Assembly: GCA_903879715.1 (NCBI GenBank)
Contig: CAIRMR010000032.1
Span: 11,022-75,021 of the forward strand
DNA length: 64,000 nucleotides
From: an uncultured Bacteroidales bacterium
GTDB lineage: Bacteria > Bacteroidota > Bacteroidia > Bacteroidales > UBA4417
Reading direction: 5' to 3'
Shown here: positions 55,918-64,000 of the stretch, one piece after another
Position numbering within the stretch: the stretch's first letter is position 1
How the letters are laid out: each line of letters begins with the position of its first letter
Translations under genes and position numbers: made by a program
The notes under the pieces: generated by a model
What the model was told of the DNA's origin: nothing
Database searches by the model: none
What the model saw: the letters and a program-made list of their open reading frames with translations, nothing else

Positions 55918-58059
55918 TTATTTTAATGCAGTTTTACTATCTCCAACATCGGTACCCAGGCGCTGAATATAAGCGATCAAAGCAATTATCTGTTTTGATG
56001 CGGCTACGTCAATACCATTTGTTTTGAGCCCGGCAGCAATGGCTTCAGCCTGTGCTTTCAGATCGTCATTGGCTTTCAGATCATATCCTTCGGGGTACGG
56101 AACTCCAAGATACTGCATAACCCTGATTTTAGCAGGAGTTGCTTCAACATCAATTTCACTTTCAGCAAGCCATGGATATTTAGGCATGATGGATTGTGCG
56201 TTGATCTTCTGAGGATCCATAAAGTGAGTATAATGCCAGGCATCCGACTTGTACAATGGTCCTGATTTTACACCTTCGCGCCATAAATCCGGGCCAATAC
56301 GTTTGGAACCCCACTGGAACGGATGATCATATACATATTCACCAGCTTTGGAATACTCGCCATAGCGTTCGGTTTCGGACCTGAAAGGCCTTACCATCTG
56401 CGAGTGACATACATAACAGCCTTCTTTTATGTAGATATCACGTCCCTGTAATTCGAGTGGTGTATAAGGTTTAACCGTTGCAATAGTTGGGATATTGGAT
56501 TTGATAATAAACGTAGGGATGATTTCAATAATTCCACCAATAAGAACAGCAACAATAGACAGGATCATAAACTGTACAGGGCGACGCTCGATAAAACGGT
56601 GATAGCTTTCACCAGCCTTACGTGCACCTTCTTTTTCAAGTGCCGGAGCTTCGGCAGCTTCCAATGGAACGAATTCACCTGCCTTAACGGTTTTATAGAT
56701 GTTGTAAACAAGGAGGAACATTCCTAAGAAGTATAACGTTCCGCCAAACAACCTCATCCAATACATAGGCATGATTTGAGTAACGATCTCGAGGTAGTTA
56801 GGATAAACAAGGTCACCGGCTTCGGTGAATTGTTTCCACATCGAGGCTTCTGTCCAGCCAGCCCAATACAAAGGAATGGAGTAGAATAACATGGCCAGTG
56901 TTCCTAACCAGAAATGCACATTTGCCAGTTTGTTTGACCACAGTTTGGTTTTGAACATCCGAGGGAACAACCAGTAAATCATACCAAATGTGAGGAAACC
57001 ATTCCATCCCAATGCACCGATATGCACGTGGGCAACGGTCCAGTTGGTAAAGTGGCTGATTGCATTAATATTTTTGAGCGAAAGCATAGGGCCTTCGAAA
57101 GTTGACATACCATAAGCGGTAACTGCTACCACAAAGAATTTGAGAACCGGTTCTTCGCGAACCCTGTCCCATGCGCCACGCAAAGTAAGCAGGCCATTGA
57201 TCATACCGCCCCACGACGGAGCAATAAGCATAATAGAGAAAACTGTTCCTAAAGACTGAGCCCAGTTTGGTAATGCCTGGTATAATAAATGGTGAGGTCC
57301 TGCCCAGATATAAAGGAATATAAGTGCCCAGAAATGCAGAATACTCAGCTTATACGAATAAACCGGGCGGTTGGCTGCTTTGGGCATAAAATAATACATG
57401 AGTCCGAGGTAAGGTGTTGTAAGGAAAAATGCAACCGCATTATGTCCGTACCACCATTGCACAAGCGCATCCTGTACACCGGCAAAAACAGGGTAACTTT
57501 TAAAAAGTGCCCAGGGAATTTCCATTGAGTTAACAATGTGCAGAATAGCTACAGTTACAAACGTAGCAATGTAAAACCAGATAGCTACATAAATATGTTT
57601 TACCCTGCGTTTGAGGATAGTCCACATCATGTTCCAACCGAAAATAACCCAGATCAAAGCGATCAGAATATCGATAGGCCATTCCAGTTCGGCATACTCT
57701 TTTCCGGTTGTAAAACCGGCAAGTAGTGAAACTGCTGCCAGTACAATAATAGATTGCCAGCCCCAGAAATGGACTCTTGTCATCCAGTTACTGGCCATGC
57801 CCGTTTTGAGCAATCGCTGAAGTGAGTAGTAGTATCCGGTGAAAATACCATTACCTACAAATGCAAAAATAACTGCATTGGTGTGAACAGGCCGCCACCG
57901 CCCGAATGTGAGGTAGGGCAGGTTGAAATTTGCCGCAGGCCATACCATTTGCGTGGCAATCAATACCCCGGCCAGCATGCCTACTACGCCCCAGAGGATG
58001 GTGGCATAGGCAAACATCTTCACGATTTTGTTGTCGTAGTAAAATTTTTGTAATTCCAT
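55918..58059 (-). CDS. ccoNO: cbb3-type cytochrome c oxidase, fused subunits I and II (CcoN-CcoO)
   Basis: 713 aa. Haem-copper oxidase helices with conserved His (HTNAV, WYGHNAV, HHLLY, VAHVHIGALGW). The C-terminal CcoO part carries CYVCHSQMVRP. Confidence 0.9.
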   Translation of the reverse strand: MELQKFYYDNKIVKMFAYATILWGVVGMLAGVLIATQMVWPAANFNLPYLTFGRWRPVHTNAVIFAFVGNGIFTGYYYSLQRLLKTGMASNWMTRVHFWGWQSIIVLAAVSLLAGFTTGKEYAELEWPIDILIALIWVIFGWNMMWTILKRRVKHIYVAIWFYIATFVTVAILHIVNSMEIPWALFKSYPVFAGVQDALVQWWYGHNAVAFFLTTPYLGLMYYFMPKAANRPVYSYKLSILHFWALIFLYIWAGPHHLLYQALPNWAQSLGTVFSIMLIAPSWGGMINGLLTLRGAWDRVREEPVLKFFVVAVTAYGMSTFEGPMLSLKNINAISHFTNWTVAHVHIGALGWNGFLTFGMIYWLFPRMFKTKLWSNKLANVHFWLGTLAMLFYSIPLYWAGWTEASMWKQFTEAGDLVYPNYLEIVTQIMPMYWMRLFGGTLYFLGMFLLVYNIYKTVKAGEFVPLEAAEAPALEKEGARKAGESYHRFIERRPVQFMILSIVAVLIGGIIEIIPTFIIKSNIPTIATVKPYTPLELQGRDIYIKEGCYVCHSQMVRPFRSETERYGEYSKAGEYVYDHPFQWGSKRIGPDLWREGVKSGPLYKSDAWHYTHFMDPQKINAQSIMPKYPWLAESEIDVEATPAKIRVMQYLGVPYPEGYDLKANDDLKAQAEAIAAGLKTNGIDVAASKQIIALIAYIQRLGTDVGDSKTALK

Positions 58060-58076
58060 ACGCTTTTTTGGTTTAA

Positions 58077-58259
58077 CTAAACTTTGTTTGGGTTTGTATT
58101 TGTTTGTTTGGGTTTTTCATCATCATTATCAAATAATATCCTGACAGAAGGCGAAATATCATCGTCATACTGCCCTGATTTTACAGCCCACAAAAAAGCA
58201 ACAAGAAATCCTGCTGCTACTACTATGCTAAAACCGATAAGTACTACTATAACGCTCAT
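58077..58259 (-). CDS. ccoS: cbb3 oxidase maturation protein CcoS
   Basis: 60 aa. A TM helix followed by KSGQYDD is characteristic of CcoS/FixS. Confidence 0.75.
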   Translation of the reverse strand: MSVIVVLIGFSIVVAAGFLVAFLWAVKSGQYDDDISPSVRILFDNDDEKPKQTNTNPNKV

Positions 58260-58477
58260 TTAAGTATTGAAATATTGAATTAGTCAAAGATATTGAATCA
58301 GATATTACAAAGTTCGGAAGCATGTTAATTTAGAACTATTCCTAATAAACACATATGTTTCTGAAATATAATACTTTAAAATATACAGAATTTAACATAT
58401 CATTTACATTTACATCAATAGCATAAAAATAACAAGTAAACTGGTACTTGATTTAATCAGGTACGAATTGTATTAAA

Positions 58478-60859
58478 TTAAAATTTTCTGGATTTCGAAA
58501 GTGCTGAAACCGACAAACTTGCAAAAGTTACAACCGAGATGGAACTCAACGGCATTAATATAGCTGCAAACACCGGCGACAATAATCCTTGTATCGCAAA
58601 CGTAAGACCAACAATGTTATAAAGGAATGAAATCAAGTAACTGGCATATACTATATTCATGGCTGATTTTGAAAACCTTAGATAATCCTGCAGCCTTCCG
58701 AATTTTGAGGATGACAAAATAGCATCACAAGCCGGCGAAAAATGATAGATATCATCAGCAATTGTAATCCCGATATCCGCTTTCAACAATGCACCGGCAT
58801 CATTTAAACCATCACCGATCATAATTACATTACGTCCATTTGCCTTCAATTCCGTAATATATTCAAGTTTATCGACCGGAGTCTGGTTGAAATGCAATTG
58901 GGTGTCAGGAGAGAAGTATGTTCTCAGGTTTGCCTCTTCCGAATCATTATCGCCGGTTAAAAGATGAAGCTGCATGTGTTTCATTCCGGCTATCACTTCC
59001 GGTAATCCTTCGCGGTAATGGTTTTCCATTTTAAAAAAGCCGCGGAGTTTATTGTCTATTGAAACATATACAGATGATATTTTATTTTCTTCAGAAACAT
59101 CATTACCTGCAATAAACCGCCGTGACCCAAGCATGACGCGATGTCCGTCAACAAATCCATTTATGCCAAGACCACTTATTTCTTTGTAGTTATCAACAGC
59201 AAGTAGGGCGCTGACCGGTAGCCATTCACTCACCATTATTGAAAGTGGATGAGTTGAATTCCGGGCGACTGATCGTATAAACTGCTCTTCACCGGCACTT
59301 AAGGCAATGCCTTCCCACCCGATATTCATTGTCCGGGAATGTGTGAGCGTGCCGGTTTTATCAAACACTACTGTATCGGCATGGGTAAGCTTTTCGATCA
59401 CTTCTGTATTTTTAATATAAAAACCATTGCGCCCGAAAACCCGCATTACATTGCCAAAAGTAAAAGGGATTGTAAGTGACAAGGCACACGGACAAGCAAC
59501 AATCAGGATAGAAGCAAATACGTAAACAGCCTTTCCAAAATCAGAAAACGACCAAAAAACACCGGCACTGAATGCAATGGCAAGAATGACAAGTGTAAAA
59601 TAATGGCTTACTCTGGTAATAACGGATTGCATCTGAATTCCGGCTTCTTCACCCAGTTTATCCTCGTTCCATAATTGTGTGAGATAACTTTGTGCAACTT
59701 CTTTTTCGACCCTGAGCCTGATTGCTGCGCCCGACTGCTTTCCTCCTGCAAAAACAAAATCCCCTGCTTTTTTCGAAACCGGGATCGATTCGCCGGTTAC
59801 AAAACTGTAATCAATATTTCCTTCGCCATCTGTTAAAATAGAATCTACAGGAATAAGTTCGCCATTCCTCACAAGGATAATATCCCCTGTTTTAAGGTCT
59901 TTAAGTTGAACAAAATCTTCCTTTCCATCAAGCAAACGTGTTACGGCTATCGGGAAATAAGATCGGTAATCGCGGTCAAACGATAGAGATTGATACGTTC
60001 GGCTTTGGTACCAGCGACCAATAAGCATAAAAAAGAGCAAACCTGCCAGGGAGTCCATATACCCGGTACCTGCGCCACTGAAAATTTCATAGGTGCTTTC
60101 GAGAAATAAGGAAATAATTCCAATTGATAAAGGCAGATCAATATTAATTATCTTTTTACGAAGGCTTTTAAATGCTGACAAAAAGAAATCGCTGCTGCAA
60201 AATGTTATTACAGGTAATGCCAAAACAAAAGAGACTATACCGAATGTTCCTGCCATCAGTTCATCAATGGCTTCACCTCCAGGAAGGTAATCGGGAAAAC
60301 TAAGCAGCATTATATTCCCGAATGCAAACCCGGCAACTCCGATCTTCATGATCATACGGCGGTTCGCTTTCTGGTGATCGTCCTTCTTTTCCTTGTTATA
60401 ACTGATATCCGGAATGTAATGGATGGTATGTAATAGTTCAATTACCTGCCTGAGGCTGATATCACTTTCGCGGAAGGTTATACTTACTTCTTTGCGGACG
60501 AAATTCACATGTGAATGCATTATTCCCTTATGTATTGTATTCAGGTTTTCAAGAAGCCATATACATGAACTGCAGTGTATTGCAGGAATAAAAAGGTTAA
60601 CTCGGGAGATTCCTCCATCCGAAAAATCCAGGAGTTTCAAACGGATTTCATCGTTATCGAGGTATGCATAGCGGGTTCCGGAAGTATTTTCCTGATCAAG
60701 GCGGATACCAGGTGTCGGCATCATATCGTAATACCTGTCCAGTTTCTTTTCCGAAAGAATCTGGAACACCATGCTGCAACCATTGCAACAGAATGTTTTA
60801 TCGTCCCATATTACCGGATTTTTACCGCAATCCTGCCCGCAATGTATGCATTCAGCCAT
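58478..60859 (-). CDS. ccoI: heavy-metal (copper) translocating P-type ATPase, CcoI/FixI type
   Basis: N-terminal Cys-rich domain (CIHCGQDC...CCNGC), CPC motif (VACPCAL), DKTGTLT, GDGLNDAG. Confidence 0.9.
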   Translation of the reverse strand: MAECIHCGQDCGKNPVIWDDKTFCCNGCSMVFQILSEKKLDRYYDMMPTPGIRLDQENTSGTRYAYLDNDEIRLKLLDFSDGGISRVNLFIPAIHCSSCIWLLENLNTIHKGIMHSHVNFVRKEVSITFRESDISLRQVIELLHTIHYIPDISYNKEKKDDHQKANRRMIMKIGVAGFAFGNIMLLSFPDYLPGGEAIDELMAGTFGIVSFVLALPVITFCSSDFFLSAFKSLRKKIINIDLPLSIGIISLFLESTYEIFSGAGTGYMDSLAGLLFFMLIGRWYQSRTYQSLSFDRDYRSYFPIAVTRLLDGKEDFVQLKDLKTGDIILVRNGELIPVDSILTDGEGNIDYSFVTGESIPVSKKAGDFVFAGGKQSGAAIRLRVEKEVAQSYLTQLWNEDKLGEEAGIQMQSVITRVSHYFTLVILAIAFSAGVFWSFSDFGKAVYVFASILIVACPCALSLTIPFTFGNVMRVFGRNGFYIKNTEVIEKLTHADTVVFDKTGTLTHSRTMNIGWEGIALSAGEEQFIRSVARNSTHPLSIMVSEWLPVSALLAVDNYKEISGLGINGFVDGHRVMLGSRRFIAGNDVSEENKISSVYVSIDNKLRGFFKMENHYREGLPEVIAGMKHMQLHLLTGDNDSEEANLRTYFSPDTQLHFNQTPVDKLEYITELKANGRNVIMIGDGLNDAGALLKADIGITIADDIYHFSPACDAILSSSKFGRLQDYLRFSKSAMNIVYASYLISFLYNIVGLTFAIQGLLSPVFAAILMPLSSISVVTFASLSVSALSKSRKF

Positions 60860-60909
60860 TTTTCAATTTTAATAGGGTCGCAAAAATAGACAAAATTGTC
60901 CGTTTTTCC

Positions 60910-61247
60910 GTAGAGACGCAATGTTTGCGTCTCGTGGTATAATGAACAATTTGTAAAGAGACGCAATGTTTGCGTCTCGTGGTATAATGAACAATTTGTA
61001 AAGAGACGCAATGTTTGCGTCTCGTGGTATAATGAACAATTTGTAAAGAGACGCAATGTTTGCGTCTCGTGGATAATGAACAATTTGTAAAGAGACGCAA
61101 TGTTTGCGTCTCGTGGTATAATGAACAATTTGTAAAGAGACGCAATGTTTGCGTCTCGTGGTATAATGAACAATTTGTATAGAGACGCAATGTTTGCGTC
61201 TCCAGATATAATGAACAATTTGTAAAGAGACGCAATGTTTGCGTCTC
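60910..61247. repeat. tandem array: 8 copies of a 45-bp unit, each with the perfect palindrome GAGACGCAA-TGT-TTGCGTCTC
   Basis: Hairpin starts at 60912, 60957, 61002, 61047, 61091, 61136, 61181 and 61226. The period is 45 bp, with one 44-bp unit. A degenerate ninth hairpin lies at 61269-61295. Confidence 0.95.
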
Positions 61248-61302
61248 TAAGGCGATCCTACATTATTCGTAGAGACACGAGCATCGCGTCTCTACGGTAT
61301 GG

Positions 61303-61337
61303 CAAAAAAAAACCTCCGGAAAGGAGGTTTTTTTTAT
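61303..61337 (-). terminator. intrinsic (bidirectional) terminator after pfkA
   Basis: AAAAAAAAACCTCC-GGAA-GGAGGTTTTTTTTT. Confidence 0.85.
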
Positions 61338-61356
61338 AAAACAATAAAATCCCAGA

Positions 61357-62472
61357 TTATTCTTCCAACGCAATCTGATCATTTCCGAAACTGATTCCCA
61401 GACCACGGGCTGTTTTCATGAGAGCGGTATCCAGTGTAACCAGGTTTGGTTTCTGAACAGCATCCTCAAGGGTAACGCTCGTAATATAAGGATGCTGGTA
61501 CGAAACCATGCGTCCGAATTCTTCATTCATAACCATTTCAAAAGCCTTTACTCCGAATTGTGAAGCCAGAACCCGGTCATACGCATTTGGGATACCACCA
61601 CGCTGGAGGTGGCCTAATACTGTAACCCTGATATCATGCTCACATCCCAGCGTTTTGAGATCATCTTCGAGTTTGAATCCGATACCACCCAGGCGAACAT
61701 GTTCATAACCAACTTCAGTACTCTTCTCACCAATGATTTCGCCATCTTTTGGTTTTGCACCTTCAGCAATAACAATAATTGCGAAACCGCGCCCTTTATG
61801 GAAACGGGCATTTACTTTCGAAAGTACTTCGTTGGTATCATAAGGAATTTCGGGGATCAGGCAAATTTCAGCACCACCGGCAACAGCCGCATTTAATGCA
61901 ATCCAGCCCGCGTCACGTCCCATTACTTCGAGAATGAATACACGGTTGTGACTGGCAGCTGTTGTTACAAGTTTATCAACAGCCTCAGTGGCAATTTCAA
62001 TAGCTGTTTGAAAACCGAAGGTAGAATCCGTTGCAGAAAGGTCATTATCAATGGTTTTAGGAACGCCAATAATATTCAGCCCTTGTTTGAAGAGTCTCTG
62101 CGAAATACGTTGAGATCCGTCGCCTCCAATGCTGATAACTGCATCAATACCCAGGTACGACATTTTACGGATCATTTCATCCGAGCGATCCACATATTCC
62201 CATTCGCCTTTTTTATTTTTTACCGGCCAGGCATAAGGTCCCCCTTTATTGGTAGTCTGAATAATTGTACCGCCCTGGTAATGAATTCCGGCAACTTTCT
62301 CCGAATCCAAAATCATAAGTTCGGTAGGCTCGTTCAGAATTCCATCGAAAGCTTTTATACTTCCTAATACTTCCCAATCAGTTTCTTGCGAAGCACGCTT
62401 AACAATTGCCCTGATAACTGCATTTAACCCGGGGCAATCGCCTCCGCCGGTAAGAACCATTACTCTTTTCAT
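61357..62472 (-). CDS. pfkA: ATP-dependent 6-phosphofructokinase
   Basis: LTGGGDCPGLNAVIRA, IGGDGSQ, PKTIDNDL and MGRDAGW motifs. Confidence 0.9.
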   Translation of the reverse strand: MKRVMVLTGGGDCPGLNAVIRAIVKRASQETDWEVLGSIKAFDGILNEPTELMILDSEKVAGIHYQGGTIIQTTNKGGPYAWPVKNKKGEWEYVDRSDEMIRKMSYLGIDAVISIGGDGSQRISQRLFKQGLNIIGVPKTIDNDLSATDSTFGFQTAIEIATEAVDKLVTTAASHNRVFILEVMGRDAGWIALNAAVAGGAEICLIPEIPYDTNEVLSKVNARFHKGRGFAIIVIAEGAKPKDGEIIGEKSTEVGYEHVRLGGIGFKLEDDLKTLGCEHDIRVTVLGHLQRGGIPNAYDRVLASQFGVKAFEMVMNEEFGRMVSYQHPYITSVTLEDAVQKPNLVTLDTALMKTARGLGISFGNDQIALEE

Positions 62473-62924
62473 ATGTTTATATTATTGAAAGCCAAATGTT
62501 TATGGCGCTATTTTACAATTTTCAAAAATCGGTGCAAAGTTATAAAAAATTAATTGCTAATTGCTAATTAATAAAATAAGACTCACTTACAATGAAATTT
62601 AATTATATCGTTTGAAATACAGATGGTTAAAGTAATAAGATGCAAATAAATCAAACTATCTGAAAACACATTACATTTTTAAACAAATGATTTAAAGACC
62701 GTTAAGAACAATCTAAGTATTCTACTGAAATATATTAGAAAAAGCAGAAACGAATTCAGGGAAAAACTTAGAGCTGGTTTGTGAGCATCTTGATAATATT
62801 TTCAATCCTATCACAATAAAAACCACATCATATACATTATCAATACTTTAAACATTTTTAGTAAATGAAGGTAAAACTGGATGAAGAGGTCAAACCAACT
62901 ATTCCATAACATCAAATTCAGCAA

Positions 62925-63184
62925 TTTCATGTGTTATTATTTATTTTTTTACGGGTCACATGGAACTCCATGACAAAATAATATCATCCGCCTGTGAGTC
63001 AAAATTGGTAGATTTTGTCATGTTCGTTTCATGTGTTATTATTTATTAATTCATTGCTTATTTTCAGCGGTATTAATGCTTGCTTCGCAGGTATTTTTAA
63101 CGGGTCACATGGAACTTCATGACAAAATAATATCATCCGCCTGTGAGTCAAAATTGGTAGATCTTGTCATGTTCGTTTCATTTG
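62925..63184 (+). repeat. hairpin mosaic repeat, locus C: short unit 62925-63035 plus long unit 63027-63184
   Basis: The short unit lacks the 47-nt AATTCATTGCTTATTTTCAGCGGTATTAATGCTTGCTTCGCAGGTA insert. Otherwise near-identical to locus A. Confidence 0.9.
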
Positions 63185-63626
63185 AAGTTAAATTAGCTTC
63201 GCTAATCAGCTTATCTCGGGATGGTTGTGTAAACCAGAATATAACGATGCCAACAAACGGCCAGATGAGCAATACATACAATCCCAATAAAAGAAACATT
63301 ACGATGGCAAGAAAAGACGGAGCTTCAAAAAGTGCTCCCTGAAGAATATTTAATTCACGCCATGCGGCGAGTTTTTTATCAAGAGATGGTAATGATTGGA
63401 TAAAAGTGAGTTTTCGGGGAATTATGGATCTGTATGCAATAAAAATAACACCTGTCAGCACAATTAAAACAATAACAAATGGTGTTTTTTCATTAGACTT
63501 TAATTCTCTACCCATAAAAGCACCTGCCGAAGAATTCAGAAATAATGCCATCAGAAAAAATAATAGAATGCCCATTGCAAGTGCAAAATAAACGATGCGC
63601 AGAGATTTGAGGTAATTTGAGTTCAT
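63117..63626 (-). CDS. hypothetical 4-TM membrane protein, with the last ~22 codons encoded by the repeat element
   Basis: Hydrophobic helices. The 3' end (63117-63184) lies inside repeat unit C2. Confidence 0.5.
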   Translation of the reverse strand: MNSNYLKSLRIVYFALAMGILLFFLMALFLNSSAGAFMGRELKSNEKTPFVIVLIVLTGVIFIAYRSIIPRKLTFIQSLPSLDKKLAAWRELNILQGALFEAPSFLAIVMFLLLGLYVLLIWPFVGIVIFWFTQPSRDKLISEANLTSNETNMTRSTNFDSQADDIILS

Positions 63627-63851
63627 TTGATTGGCTAACAGTAAAAAGTTAAAGGTTAATGGAAAATGGTAATTAAAATTCCATATCTATTTTAAACCGA
63701 ATGCTAATAAGATAAGTAATTTAACATCCGATCCACGCGAACTAATCATTTTAGCTAATCATTTCCAGTCCGTACCAAACAATTCTTCAAAAGTATGCGT
63801 TGATTCACTACTTTTGACGAGTTTTATTTTTTTACCACTTAAAAAACTTCA

Positions 63852-64000
63852 ATGGCTTTTATTTTCGATATGGACGGCGTGATTGTAGACAACGCTGTCT
63901 GGCATTTAGAAGCTTTTGCCGAATTTGGCAAAAGACATGGATTGGTTCATACAAAAGAAAATTACACTAAATATTTCGGGAATACGAACCAAACGATTAT
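63852..64000 (+). CDS. HAD-superfamily hydrolase (beta-phosphoglucomutase-like), 5' part only
   Basis: My translation reads MAFIFDMDGVIVDNAVWHLEAFAEFGKRHG... with the DxDGV HAD motif I. Runs off the window. Confidence 0.7.
   Translation, partial: MAFIFDMDGVIVDNAVWHLEAFAEFGKRHGLVHTKENYTKYFGNTNQTI

Noticed and set aside
58260-58477. FNR-type boxes upstream of ccoS/ccoNO (TTGAATTAGTCAA, TTGATTTAATCAGG)
   Set aside because: Both have the wrong half-site spacing or a degenerate second half-site relative to TTGAT-N4-ATCAA. They are not good enough to call.
60811-61235. Two long minus-strand ORFs (135 aa and 127 aa) with repeating peptides (RDANIASLYKLFIIP..., HETQTLRLFTNCSLY...)
   Set aside because: They are read-throughs of the 45-bp (15-codon) tandem repeat in two different frames. 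Periodic identical peptides, overlap with the ccoI start and the lack of any independent coding signal mark them as artefacts.
60910-61247. Possible CRISPR array (regularly spaced palindromic repeats)
   Set aside because: The sequences between the palindromes are identical in every unit, so there are no unique spacers. The total period is only 45 bp, and there is no leader or cas gene nearby. This is a plain tandem repeat.

Overview
This is a 64-kb chromosomal segment that looks Bacteroidota-like: type IX secretion C-terminal sorting domains, a SusC/SusD pair with an ECF sigma/anti-sigma pair, and a fused ccoNO. No rRNA, CRISPR array, intact IS element or prophage was recognised. Gene content falls into four blocks. 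(1) 0.8-13.3 kb is a redox cluster with an FNR-type regulator. It holds two paralogous modules of an outer-membrane beta-barrel plus small haem-c lipoproteins. It also holds an operon of class I cyt c, heptahaem cyt c, cyt b, NrfC-like FeS protein, NrfD-like membrane protein and an Ig-like anchored protein, with no recognisable catalytic subunit. I rank this the most interesting candidate system. (2) 13.8-29.9 kb holds a TonB-dependent receptor cluster and a SusC/SusD locus with two LamG/T9SS paralogues, one fused to a metallophosphatase. (3) 30-51 kb is housekeeping and miscellaneous: acyl-CoA ligase, transaldolase, SIS isomerase, M13 peptidase, a LytS/LytTR pair, a MATE transporter, tRNA-Gly(CCC), an orphan LytTR regulator, GH13 and GH25. 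(4) 51-61 kb is a complete cbb3 oxidase cluster (ccoS, ccoNO, ccoQ, ccoP, ccoG, fixH-like, TauE-like, cyt c, ccoI), followed by pfkA. Three non-coding features stand out. First, a roughly 110-160 bp hairpin-forming mosaic repeat occurs at three loci (5 full units plus 1 truncated) and abuts or overlaps gene ends. Second, eight near-identical copies of a 45-bp unit, each with a perfect 9-bp-stem hairpin, sit directly upstream of ccoI. Third, low-complexity 'word' tracts (GGGGTTAGG, GGCGAAGGG, TTGAACAAC, GGATGTCGGA and similar, often followed by their own reverse-complement words) fill many intergenic spacers, including inside the cco cluster. All functional names come from motif recognition in the supplied translations. 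No database search was run.
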